The notes under the pieces: model-generated
Told to the model about the DNA's origin: nothing
The model's input: the letters and a program-made list of their open reading frames with translations, nothing else
Databases searched by the model: none
Part shown: piece by piece, positions 24,181 to 35,438 of the stretch
How the letters are laid out: each line of letters starts with the position of its first letter
How positions within the stretch are numbered: the first letter of the stretch is position 1
Source of the DNA: Octopus sinensis
Taxonomy: Eukaryota
Direction of reading: 5' to 3'
DNA: 64,000 nucleotides
Assembly (NCBI RefSeq): GCF_006345805.1
Contig: NC_042997.1
Span: forward strand, 87,110,001 to 87,174,000
Program-made: the position numbers and the translations under genes

Positions 24181-26364
24181 TACTTAACCGATCCTTCTTC
24201 CCATTTACTAATTCACTTTGCCCTTCTTTCTTCTCCACTTTTTCCTTCATTTATTTCTTCATCGTTCCTTCACTCTTCTTTCTTCCTTTTCATTTTTTAA
24301 AAAGACTTGGATTTCTATCTTTTATTCCACTTCACTCCCACTTCTCTTCCTTCACTCTTTCTCCTAGCAGCTGTTTCATTCTGTTATTCATTTGTCTTTT
24401 CATTCATTTACTCTACTATTCCATCGTCTTCCCATTACTCACTCCCTCATTCATTCCTATCCCACACACCTTTTCTCTGTCTTGTACGGTCTATTTATAT
24501 ACCAACCCCAGTCCCCTTTTCTGTATCATAGTGATATATCAATACTTCTCACTGTTTTTACTTACCAATATGCATAGACCAAAATGCCTAATCCCAGTTT
24601 GTCTTATTGTCACGTGCTATTTTTGTTATATAGCATCGCTCTCCCCTAAGTCAGCCCTTATCAAGCAGATCAGTGATGAAAAATATTCCAGCCGCAACCA
24701 TTATCTTCTTGATCAGTCATAGTGTATCTAGGACTACATCATTTACTATGTCCTTTCTCTTTTAAGACAGTGGAATGAGATTTAAGAAAGATTGGGCTAC
24801 TTTCCTAGCCAGTCCAGTGAATGAGCAGAATACTCCTTCGTTGGCCCATACGACCATACAGAGGTTCCTTCGTTAGTTCACGTTCTATGCTCCATGTTTG
24901 TACATTCATATGTGCAGATGTGTCGCTTGTTTAATTCTTTGATTACTTCCTTTAAAGAAAGAGCTGGGCGATTCTAAGGAACGCAAATCCATCATTGGAA
25001 TTTATGCAACAATGACAGTCAGGGATGAATTGAGACATGTTTCTAAGTCACAGAGACCTCCTTATTAAAAAAATCTCTCCAGATAGTCTCAAAGAAATTG
25101 AAAACTTATAAGGCTTCTCGTTATTTTGAGGTTCCTAACATGGAGAAATGGCAGAATCGTTGGGGTATTGGACATAACGTTTCACGTTATTCCTTCCTGC
25201 TCTTAACATTCTGCGTTCAAACTTTGTCGTTCATCGTTCCAGGGGTCAATAAAATAAAGTTCCAGTCTGTATTCTCCATCCCTCGTCTCCTTGATATATT
25301 TCTTCTGTTGATATCTTTGTTTTTCTTTCTTTCTTTCTTTCTTTCTTCTTTCTTTCTTTTTCTTTCTTTCTTTCCTTCTTCCTTCCTTCTTTCCTCTCTT
25401 TCCCGCCTCTTTTACCACCTTTCTTTTACTTGTTATCTATTACACACCTTCTCACAAAAAATTGCTGACCTTGTACCTAAACCAGAGACCATTATTTTGA
25501 AACGCTAAGCTGTAATATGTTTCGATGTTTAGGTTAAGCCTAAATCATGCATTCGCTACAATAAATACTTACACGTTGAATTTTAGAAACATTTTGCATT
25601 TTTTACACTGTTCTACTTACAGATTGGTTGACTGAAAACCCGAGCTTTAGAGGATTTTTATTTATATATTTAATAACATAACCAAGTGAAACAATGACTA
25701 CTGATATAAATTTAAAATCTGGGTTGAGAATGCTTTAGAAGCAGCTGTCCATAAATGTTCTCTTTCTCACTAGTTTTGAATATATTCCCATCCGCAGGAC
25801 TGTTGACTTCCACAATGGTACGCTGTTGTTCTTTAGCCTCAGGTTAACACTGATTGATAAGATCTATCATCATAGACGTTCCGACCGAAACCTTTAAGCG
25901 GCGCGTTGTCCTTGAGCAAAACGCTTCATTTTACATTGTTCCAATCTATTTAACTGAACATGTATACCAGCCCAGTGCTGGTGCAGCAATTTTTTTCCCT
26001 CCAGCTGTCACATTTTTGATGTTAGATTTGTCAAGAGCGGGAGGACCGAGTGGATGTCAGTGATTTCTTACAACTACATAGACATCTAAAACAATAAGTG
26101 AGAGCATAACATTTGCTACTATGTCATACTCACATGCAAGTGACGGATATATTCTCATGGATATGCATTTATATGTTGTTGTTTATAGTAAAAAAAATTA
26201 CACACACATGTCTTTTTGCTCCCTGTTAAAACTTTAGAAGGATATATACAAGCGCGCGCGCACACGCACACACACACATAAATGCACACACACGCGCACA
26301 CACATACACACACTCACACTCTCTGAAAACATACAGGCATCCTCTGTATGATACAAGCTGTATT

Positions 26365-26737
26365 ACTCTTTTACTCTTTTACTTGTTTCAGTTATTTGAC
26401 TGCGGTCATGCTGGAGCACCGCCTTTAATCGAGCAAATAGACCCCAGGACTTACTCTTTGTAAGCCTAGTACTTATTCTATCGGTCTTTTTTGCCGAACC
26501 GCCAATTTACGGGGACGTAAACACACCACCATCGGTTGTCAAGCGATGTTGGGCGGACAAACACATACACACATATACACACATATAGGCATATATACGA
26601 CGGGCTTCTTTCAGTTTCCGTCTACCACATCCACTCACAAGGCTTTGGTCGGCCCGAGGCTATCGTAGAAGACACTTGCCCAAGGTGCCACGCAGTGGGA
26701 CTGAACCTGGAACGATGTGGTTCGTAAGCAAGCTACT
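26365..26737 (-). mobile_element. SINE-A, head interrupted by the ORF1-only element
   Basis: A well-conserved copy that stops at TAAGCAAGCTACT (26725-26737), where element 1 begins. Confidence 0.9.
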
Positions 26738-28810
26738 TTATTTCATTAAATTTGTCATGAAGACAGTACAAAGATCGGGTAGCTTTGCGGGCTGGACAAA
26801 CACATTAATGAATGAAAATGAAATAAAATGAATAAATGAGAGACGAAACCCAACACCCGCCGATTGGATTTTTCTGGAAAATATATTTTCTTTTTTTTTT
26901 TTAAATCAATATGAGGTTTCAAACCTCCAACAAGGAGGCACTAAAACCTCTTACTTAACATGTTTTTTAAACACACAATTGAGGTTATAAACCACTACAA
27001 ATAATACAATAAGATGAGGTTTCAAACCCTCTAACGAGGCTTTTTCACCTCCTACTCATCGATATATCCATCAATATATCCATCATTATCTTCAATGCCG
27101 CTTGAGTTCCTGTATCCCGCCATTTCCCATGCCTCACTCATGTAGGACATGTAAGTCATTCCAGTGTAAGAGCCACCCGGCCATATGCAATACTCTTTCC
27201 CAAATTCTTTAAGCCTTTCCCACAAGGGAAACCTTATGACCTCCACAGCTATCAGTGGAGGCCATTCGGGATCCCGTGAGAAGGCCATATCTACTGTCTC
27301 TTTATGTTCTTCTACTATTTTTCCACCTCCCCGCCCTTGTACAAAAAGATAATTAATTCATCTTTAAGGTTGGGAGTCGTTTCTTCCACCGTGAGTGGCA
27401 CAACTTCGAGACATGCAGACGGCACATCATCTCCCACCTGCAATGACCCGTTCTTCTTCTTTCTTTTCTTCTTGACTTCGAGATAGTGGAGCTCTTCCGC
27501 TTTGTCCGGAGTCTCTCCCCCACCTCCCGAAGCTTTAGAGTCCTTCGGCGAGCAACCATTGTTGCCCATCGTCTTCCTTTTTAAACCTTTTTGGGTTGAA
27601 GAGGCTGACCCACCTCTCCCTTTGACCGAGTAGGGGAGGTGACATCCAGTGACTGTTCCAGGCACTTAACATGGTCCTGGGGGCAGTTCTTTTTAATGTA
27701 GCCTGGCTGCAGGTACGAGTGACACTTGGGGGGACGTCCCTCAAGTATCGCCGGATACCTGCAGCCAGCCATTTAAAAAAATCTGGAAAAACTATATCTG
27801 TTGCGGTCGATGGGGTCCACAGGGTTAAAATAGCTTTTGACCTTTCCCAATCGACCGCCGGCAATACCCTTACATTTAAGAGCCTGGGCCCGCTATGCCC
27901 CAGCCCCCGTCGGATGGTATCTTCAATCCAACCCGCCTCGGTACCCGGGGGTAACCCACATACCCAGGCTCTTATTAATTTCCTCCCGCTGTACGACGAG
28001 AGGAGCAGAATTTCTTTGCCCTCCAAGGGCTAACTCGTGAAATTGCGAGCCTTCTCCAGGATGTCAATCAGCAACCATACGGTTGCATGCTTGACACCGC
28101 GGGATATATATTTCACACAGGACAAATAGTCTTTCAGTTCATTTTCTATAACTGGTTTTGGGAAGACGGTGATGGTATCAAGAACTTTAGAATAAGTTCT
28201 AACCACCACTGTCCTCTCCTCCATATCTTTTAACCACTGCTTGGGTGGGACAATCTCCCACTCCAAAGCAGTGGCACCATTCTTTATCGCCATGAGGAAG
28301 AAAGTTCAAATGTCCACAAAAATAGAAATACACTAGAAAAAAAAGAGAAAAAATAAAACCGAACGAAAAAATTGACAATAAATAAAGAAAACAAAAAGGA
28401 CAGTTCAAAAAACAGAAGGAAAAACACGGAAGAAATAAAAATATGATTCCAAATGGCAACTACACAATTCCGGCCCTCTTCTTTGGCTGGTACTCCGAGC
28501 TGGAATCTTCGCCACAATGGGCCACAAAAATGTTCAATGACTGGAACAAACTTCAATTTTCGGGCGGGGATACGCCCAACATTTTTCAACAAGCAAAAAT
28601 CACAATAGCCGCCGAGAGCAGGCGAAATTGTCCCAGAGCTGGGCGAAATTTACTGAAAAAAAATCCAAAACAATAAATCGCGCCCAGCTCAAAACAAACA
28701 AAATCATCTACCTCGACGGACTTCTTAATTTTCAGTTTTAGGACGGAGCGCACTAGCTCATGTCCTCCTTGTTCAAGTATTGAAGCAAAACACCAACACG
28801 CATGCGCGGA
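26738..28810 (-). mobile_element. ORF1-only non-autonomous Tx1-type retroelement, copy 1 (2073 bp)
   Basis: Flanked by direct repeats TAAGCAAGCTACT (26725-26737 and 28811-28823). Has a ~515-bp 5' UTR, one decayed ORF, a ~310-bp 3' UTR and an A-rich end. No APE or RT sequence. Confidence 0.8.
27052..28293 (-). pseudogene. Tx1-type ORF1 (RRM-like region plus degenerate CCHC knuckle), about 410 aa, broken
   Basis: RGVKHATVW...LEGKEILL..YSGRKL...LEGRPPKC aligns by eye with Tx1 ORF1 at 58.2-58.7 kb (RGKRFGTVEV...VEGRKPKCYLC). Stops and frameshifts present. Confidence 0.8.
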
Positions 28811-28823
28811 TAAGCAAGCTACT

Positions 28824-29597
28824 TTATTTTATCAAATTTGCCATAGAGGCAGTACGAAGATGGGTAGCTTTGCGGGCTGGACACGACATTGATGAGGCGA
28901 ATGATAATAATACAGGATGATAAGGATGGGAGAAGACAGAAAGCGCCCGCTTCTCTATAGCATTGTTCTTCAATAAATCACTACATGAGGCAATGAACCT
29001 CTTACAAAAATTACAACAATATTAATATAAAATTTTCACACTTCAGCATTAAACCTATTCTTCTTCGCCCCCGACCAGGCTGCGAGCTGTCCATAGGTAC
29101 TGTCCCGGATCCCGGTCGGGGTCCCCAATCACGATTCTGAACAAGTCCTTCGTGAAGGAGCCCGCCACCATGGACATGTTGTTAGCCTCCGACATGACCT
29201 TCGCAGTCACCTGCAAAGGCCAACTCCTGCCTCCAGTCAAGGCTAAGGGCTCCTCCGTCAAGCCTCGCTTCTTTAGGAAGCTTTCTATCGCCCCTCCCTT
29301 CAGAAAGAATACGACAAACTCATCTTCCCTCCTTCTGGGATGGGCCACTGCTCCCTCTATCGGTGGCACACTTCCCACCGACAGAGTTTCGGGACATGCT
29401 GGCAGTTGATCGTCAACAGCGATGTCTCATTCTTTTTTCTTTTTCTTTTTTTTTTCTCTTCCTCCAGTTTGTCCGGGAGTCCCTCCTTCCCTCCCGCCGC
29501 CTCAGAATCCATCGGTGGGCAACCATTGTTGCCTACCTTCTTCCTTTTTTTTCTTTTCGAGGGGGTTACCTCCTCCTCTACCTCGCCCTCCGTTAAT
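28824..29597 (-). mobile_element. ORF1-only element, copy 2 (5'-truncated, tandem to copy 1)
   Basis: Its 3' end abuts the TAAGCAAGCTACT repeat. It shares GGGTAGCTTTGCGGGCTGGACA with copy 1. ORF1 C-terminus ends at 29055. Confidence 0.75.
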
Positions 29598-29694
29598 CGT
29601 GGCTTATTAGCACAAATACACGTGACATGTACGTTAAGTATATGTGGTTGATAATGTTTATATATATATATATGTATATATATGTATATGTATA

Positions 29695-29898
29695 AAGATG
29701 GCCGGTTCTAGGTATCCGGTGACTCTCGAGGGACGCCCCCCACCCAAGTGTTACCTGTGCCTGGAATCGGGCCATATAAAGAAGAATTGCCCCAAGAACC
29801 AAGCAAGGGCACTGGAGAAATTAATGGAGGAGGATGTTTTTCCTCCAACGGAGCCTCCTGATTATATAACGGAGGGCGAGGTAGAGGAGGAGGTTACC
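29695..29898 (+). pseudogene. Inverted ORF1 fragment of copy 2 with an intact CCHC zinc knuckle
   Basis: KMAGSRYPVTLEGRPPPKCYLCLESGHIKKNCP (C-x2-C-x4-H-x4-C). 29867-29894 is the exact reverse complement of 29568-29595. Confidence 0.8.
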
Positions 29899-30607
29899 TG
29901 TTCGAACAGGACCGCGACGAGTCATTTCGCCAGTCCACGACTTATATTCACATATCGTGTAAACTATGTGCAGATATAACCGGACATAAGAGGTGAGTTA
30001 TCTCGCTTGTCCATAACTTTCTGGTGTTTTAACATCTGGCGCTTTAACACAGTATTCTCCACCACGCTAAATCACAACCTACCGGCAAGTACACTATTGC
30101 TATACGTTAAGTATATGCTGTTGATAATGTTTGTTACCCTAGCGCTGCCTCTATTTCATATTTGACTATATATATTATACACAAGCCAGATAAAAAGAGA
30201 GACAGAGAGAAAAGATGACGAAAAGCAGAAAAAGAAGTAATGATAATTTCAATACAATAGGTAACGTTAAATGACAGTATAAGCTTTTTCATATTGCAAA
30301 AAGAAGATAAAAACAAATTAATGTATATATACATACATACACACAAGCACACTCACGCGTACACATACATCTATATATTCATTTGCTTTTAGCATTTGAA
30401 CAGCGAACATACTTAGTACGTTGTCGTAAACGTGATGTAGGGGTGATGGACTTTTTTCTGAACTCTCAGTCGTTAATGATGGGCGCATGAATTCATTTTC
30501 TTATTTACTTTTGAGAAAACTCTGTATGAAAACACTTTTACAAAGCCACACGAGGCAAATTTGATTGACAAGAAGTAGTAAACCTTGTTGAATGTTGGAG
30601 TGTCCTC

Positions 30608-30688
<81 letters not shown>

Positions 30689-30918
30689 TGTATGTATGTA
30701 TGTATGTATGTATGTTTGTATGTATGTATATTTGTATGTGTATATGCAGTTAAGTGGAAAACATTTACGAAAATACTAACAAAATAGAAGAGGCTTAGAA
30801 AAGTAGAAAATAAATTACTCACACACACGCACACGCACGCACACACACACATAACATACACACACACATACACACACATACTCACGCACACACACACACA
30901 CACACACATACACACACA

Positions 30919-30985
<67 letters not shown>

Positions 30986-31309
30986 TTGCTGGTATCTTCC
31001 TTACATCATTATTGTTAACAATGGAAAAACATCTGTGGTAGTCAAGAATAACATCAAAATAATAACAAGTATAAAGGAGTAAAAAAAAGCCAATTGTTAT
31101 ACCAGGTGTTATTTTGATCATTATTAGAGACATATTGGCTGTCATTTGAGCCCGACAGTGAGAAAACTTGTCTAATCTTTTATACATACAAACACAACTA
31201 GTGAGTCAATCTCAAACCGTCAAATGCATAATCCATGTTGCTCTCTTTATTTCACTTATTTTTCTCCATCTTCATCCTTTCTTCCTTCTCTTTATCTCTT
31301 CTTACCTTT

Positions 31310-31365
<56 letters not shown>

Positions 31366-32020
31366 ATATGATTTTCTGTTTGCTTTCTTTCTCTTTTCCA
31401 TTTTCTTGCTTCCCTCCCACTTTTTATTTTGTTCCCCTCTGTGTCTCTTTATCATTCTCTCTTTAAATTTTTATTCACTCTTTCTCTCTATACCGACTCC
31501 AAGGGGAAAAAAATTACCATTTTCTTTCTTTGCAGTTCGCATAAAATGGAGCATCCTCTGGGATTATATACTCGCCTGTCAAAGAAATCTATTATTGTTG
31601 TTACGGCGTCAGCAAAAAATTTTTTTTAACCCACACCACTTCATAAATCACATACTAATTGTTGCGTGTTCTGTATATTTCACTAAACGTATCGTCTTCT
31701 TTCTTGAATTGTTATTTGAATGCTTTAAAAAATCAATGTGTTCGTCATTATTGCTTGGGCAGCTTAAAAGACAGATCTAAAACTGAAAGGCCATATAAGA
31801 ATTTGCTTTGTTTTGTTAAAATAATATTTTAGAAAATTTCAATCTAAAGTTTGAGTATTTCATTGTAGTAAAAACAAGGATAGTGAAAAAGGAGAAACGG
31901 TTGCATGTCCGACTAAATCTCTCACAGGATTTCATCAGGGTTCACTCGCACCGCGTGACAGCTTGAGCCGAGCAAACTTTGTGAGTGGATTTAATAGATA
32001 TAAACTGAAAAAAGCCCATA

Positions 32021-32054
<34 letters not shown>

Positions 32055-32057
<3 letters not shown>

Positions 32058-32351
32058 TGTGATCACCGTGACCGACCAGGCTATCACATGTTGCTACACA
32101 TCACTGGTCACAATGCGCTTCACATTGTTTTAGCCTTCAAATGACGCCAACCCGCTGGCTAAGCGAGAAGAAAGAGTGAGAGAAATTTGTGACGAAAGAG
32201 TTCAGCAGGGATCGACACCACCCACTGCCGGAGACTCGTGGAGCTTTAGGTATTTTCGCTCAATAAACACTCACAACGTCCGGTCTGGGAATCGAAACCG
32301 CGATCCAATGAACCCAAGTCCGCTACCCTAACCACTGGGTCATTGCGCCTC

Positions 32352-32355
<4 letters not shown>
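32055..32355 (-). mobile_element. tRNA-derived SINE (C-type head, variant body)
   Basis: Minus head GTGGAGGCGCAATGACCCAGTGGTTAGGG...GGTTTCGATTCCCAG; homologous to 48020-48230. Confidence 0.8.
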
Positions 32356-32383
<28 letters not shown>

Positions 32384-32397
32384 TCTATATATATATG

Positions 32398-32620
32398 TAT
32401 TTCTTTACTACCCACAAGGGGCTAAACACAGAGAGGACAAACAAACGGATTAAGTCGATTATATCGACGCCAGTGCGTAACTGGTACTTATTTAATCGAC
32501 CCCGAAATGATGAAAGGTAAAGTCGACCTCGGCGGTATTTGAACTCACAACGTAGCGGCAGACGAAATACGGCTACGCATTTCGCCCGGCGTGCTAACGT
32601 CTCTGCCAGCTCGCCGCCTT
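32398..32620 (-). mobile_element. SINE-B variant with a Tx1-like 3' tail
   Basis: Family B head and core, with a tail ending AGCCCCTTGTGGGTAGTAAAGAAATA on minus. Confidence 0.8.
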
Positions 32621-32904
32621 TGTATTTATATATATATGGTTGTGTGCGTGTGTGTGTGTGTCTGTCTGTCTTTGTTTGTACCCCACCCCCGCCCATCGCT
32701 TGACAACTGATGCTGGTGTGCTTACATTCCCGTAACTTAGCGGTTCGGCAAAAGAGACCGATAGAATAAGTACTAAGGCTTACAAAGAACAAGTCCTGGG
32801 GTCGATTTATTCAACTGAAAACAATTTAAAACGGTGCTCCAGCATAGCTGCAGTCAAATGACTGAAACAGGTAAAAGAGTAAAAGAATTATTCTCAGTAC
32901 ATTA

Positions 32905-33290
32905 GCGAAGGTGCGTGGCCTAGTGGTTACGGTGTTGCATTCATGGTCGAAAGATCGTGTATTTAGTCCCTGGACCGAGCAGTGTGTTTGTTGTTGTTTA
33001 AAACACTTAAAGTTGCTGTAGTCCATTCAAAGAAAAAAAAAAATTACCTTCTCGAGTCGTGCCAACTCATAAGGGCCGGTTTCTCGGTTTCCATAGCGTA
33101 TAAATTCCCCATTTGGACGTGGCGCCGGTCCGTCGCAGGGTTACTTATTTTTGCCAGCTGGGTGAACTGGAGCAACATGAAATGAAGTGTTTTGCTCAAG
33201 AACACAACACATCGCCCGATCCAAGAATCGAAACCACAATCCTAAGTCCAACACCCTAACCACTAAGCCACGTACCTCCACGCCAGTCCA
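32905..33290. mobile_element. Two convergent SINE-C copies (32905-33030 plus, 33045-33290 minus)
   Basis: Heads GGTGCGTGGCCTAGTGGTTACGG (+) and GTGGAGGTACGTGGCTTAGTGGTTAGGG (-). Confidence 0.75.
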
Positions 33291-33519
33291 TTCGTTTGTA
33301 AATGAGTAACCTTGCGATGGGATTTTGTGGTCTTGGTCACTTGTACGCTATAGAAACTGGACAATCAGCCCTACGAGATCTAGGTCACGAGACAGTATTG
33401 TCTCTGTGTCGCTGTATAATAAAATACACTTTGTCTTACAGCTCATTTTGGTTGACAAAATATGAGCCACTAATATATTGAGGTTGATTCAATATACAAT
33501 ATTACTTGTTATTTATTAT

Positions 33520-33660
33520 TATTTTATCGATCTCAGAAAAATGAAATGTAAAGGTAACCTCGAGAGGATCTGAACTCAGCACGTTAAGATCCGAAACACC
33601 TACCGCAAGCAGTGAGATATTTTGTCTGACGCTCGAACAATTCTGCTGTCTGGCGTCACA
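33520..33660 (-). mobile_element. SINE-B (diverged)
   Basis: Reverse complement of the family B core and head. Confidence 0.6.
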
Positions 33661-35104
33661 GTAACATTACTAACAAATGTAAGCAACGCTGAAACTGAAA
33701 TGTGAGATAAAGTGTGTATCTCAGAATTGGAAAAAAAAAAAAAAAAAAGCTGCGAAAATTAAGATAGAAGTGTTATGAAGAAAAGTAAGATATATTTATC
33801 TTTTACTAATATTTTTTATCTGTTTTTCTTTCTGTGGTAGGTAGAATTGAAGCAGCTTTTTAATTTTGCTATGATTTTTTGTTCTTTCTTTTGCGATTTA
33901 TTTCCTATTTTTCTATACTTTTCTTTTTCTCTGTTTTTTTGGACAAGGGATATAATTTGACCAAACAACTTAATCTGCTACCATTTAAGCGCAGATGCTA
34001 CAGCTACACTGGAGAAGTACCTGCTGGCGTAGAAATAAAGCATAAGATAAATAAGACGAATGAGAGAGGATGAGAGAAATAAGTAAGGCGAAGAGATAAA
34101 ATAAATAAACAGTGGAACGTATGAAAACGTTGATTTTCTAATTTCATTTTGGGAGAGCATCATCAATCTGCACTTGTATATGATGGTGCCAATGTTCAAC
34201 ATCCACAATTCAAGAAACAATTAAGACTTGGAATGGTTTGGCAGCGTTCCTGAATATATTTATTTAATAGCGATCTCGTTTCGCAATTAATTTGTACAAA
34301 ATATACAATAGTAAGAGCTGGATGTGTTAGTGTACACGTGTTTGTATGTGTGTGTATGTGAATGTGTGTGTGTGTGTGTTTGTGTGTGTGTGTATGTGTG
34401 TGTGTGTGTGTGTGTGTGTTTCTGTGTGTGTGTGTGTGTGTGTGTGTGAGTGTGTACACGCACAAAATTACATGAGTGCGTGTGTGCGTGAACGGGTCCC
34501 AAAATGGCTTTCCTACGACTACCTTGAACCTGGGAAGAGTTGGTATGATCAAAATCGGTATGGTTCTAATTCGATTAAGAAGTGATGTAATGTGCTAGGA
34601 GAGAAGACAGGTTTAGAATACCGTACCAAAACATACCTTAGATAAAAGCACCATTCCAAACCTGAGGAGCAATATTTGTGGATATGTTATCCATGTTTTA
34701 TAAATCGCATGCAATATGTATATATACATTTAAATAAATATATGTATATAAGTATATATACATTTAAAGAAACAAACTTTTATCAAACTCATTCTTCCAC
34801 TTTTGCAATATACTGCTTCTGCTGTGCGCAATAATGTGCATGAACCGAAATTTAGACTTTGAAGATATCTTCGTCGGAATGTATTTTCAAAGACAGATCC
34901 GACCGTTCTAGTGGAGTTACTCGGTTTTGTCTGTAATGATTGCTCTTGACTTTCTTAAACTATATCGGCTGGTCTTAAGTGTCATTGTCGTGTGACAGTA
35001 AGTTGCTTCAGCGAATGTTGAATGATGAGGCGGCTATCATTTGACAAAGTGAAGCCACACATACACACCAACACAACTATTAATGTCTGATTTTATGTGA
35101 AGTT

Positions 35105-35286
35105 ATTTTTTATCTTTTATTTGTTTCAATCATTAGACTGCGGTCATGAAAAATTTTTTGTCGAAGGAAGCCTGGTACTTATTCTATCGGTGACTTTTAC
35201 CGAACCGCTAAGTTACAGGGACGTAAACACACCAACACCGATTGTCAAGCGGTAGCTGAGGACAAACATACACTTATACGCACACA

Positions 35287-35340
<54 letters not shown>

Positions 35341-35438
35341 CGGGTTTCATTCAGTTTCTGTCTACCAAATCCACTCACAATTCTTTGGCCGAACCAGGGC
35401 TATAGTAGAATATACTTGCCCAAGGTTAGGAAGCAAAT
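35105..35438 (-). mobile_element. SINE-A, interrupted by ORF1-only element copy 3
   Basis: The body ends at GGAAGCAA (35429-35436), with the B-box segment deleted. The remaining head AAGCAAGCTTCTTACCACATAGCCAC resumes at 37657-37682. Confidence 0.85.

Larger units (their letters stand above)
31900..32885 (+). mobile_element. SINE-A hosting nested SINE-C and SINE-B copies in its internal microsatellite
   Basis: Degenerate head at ~31900-32020 and 3' half at 32660-32885, with two minus-strand SINEs between them. Confidence 0.65.
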
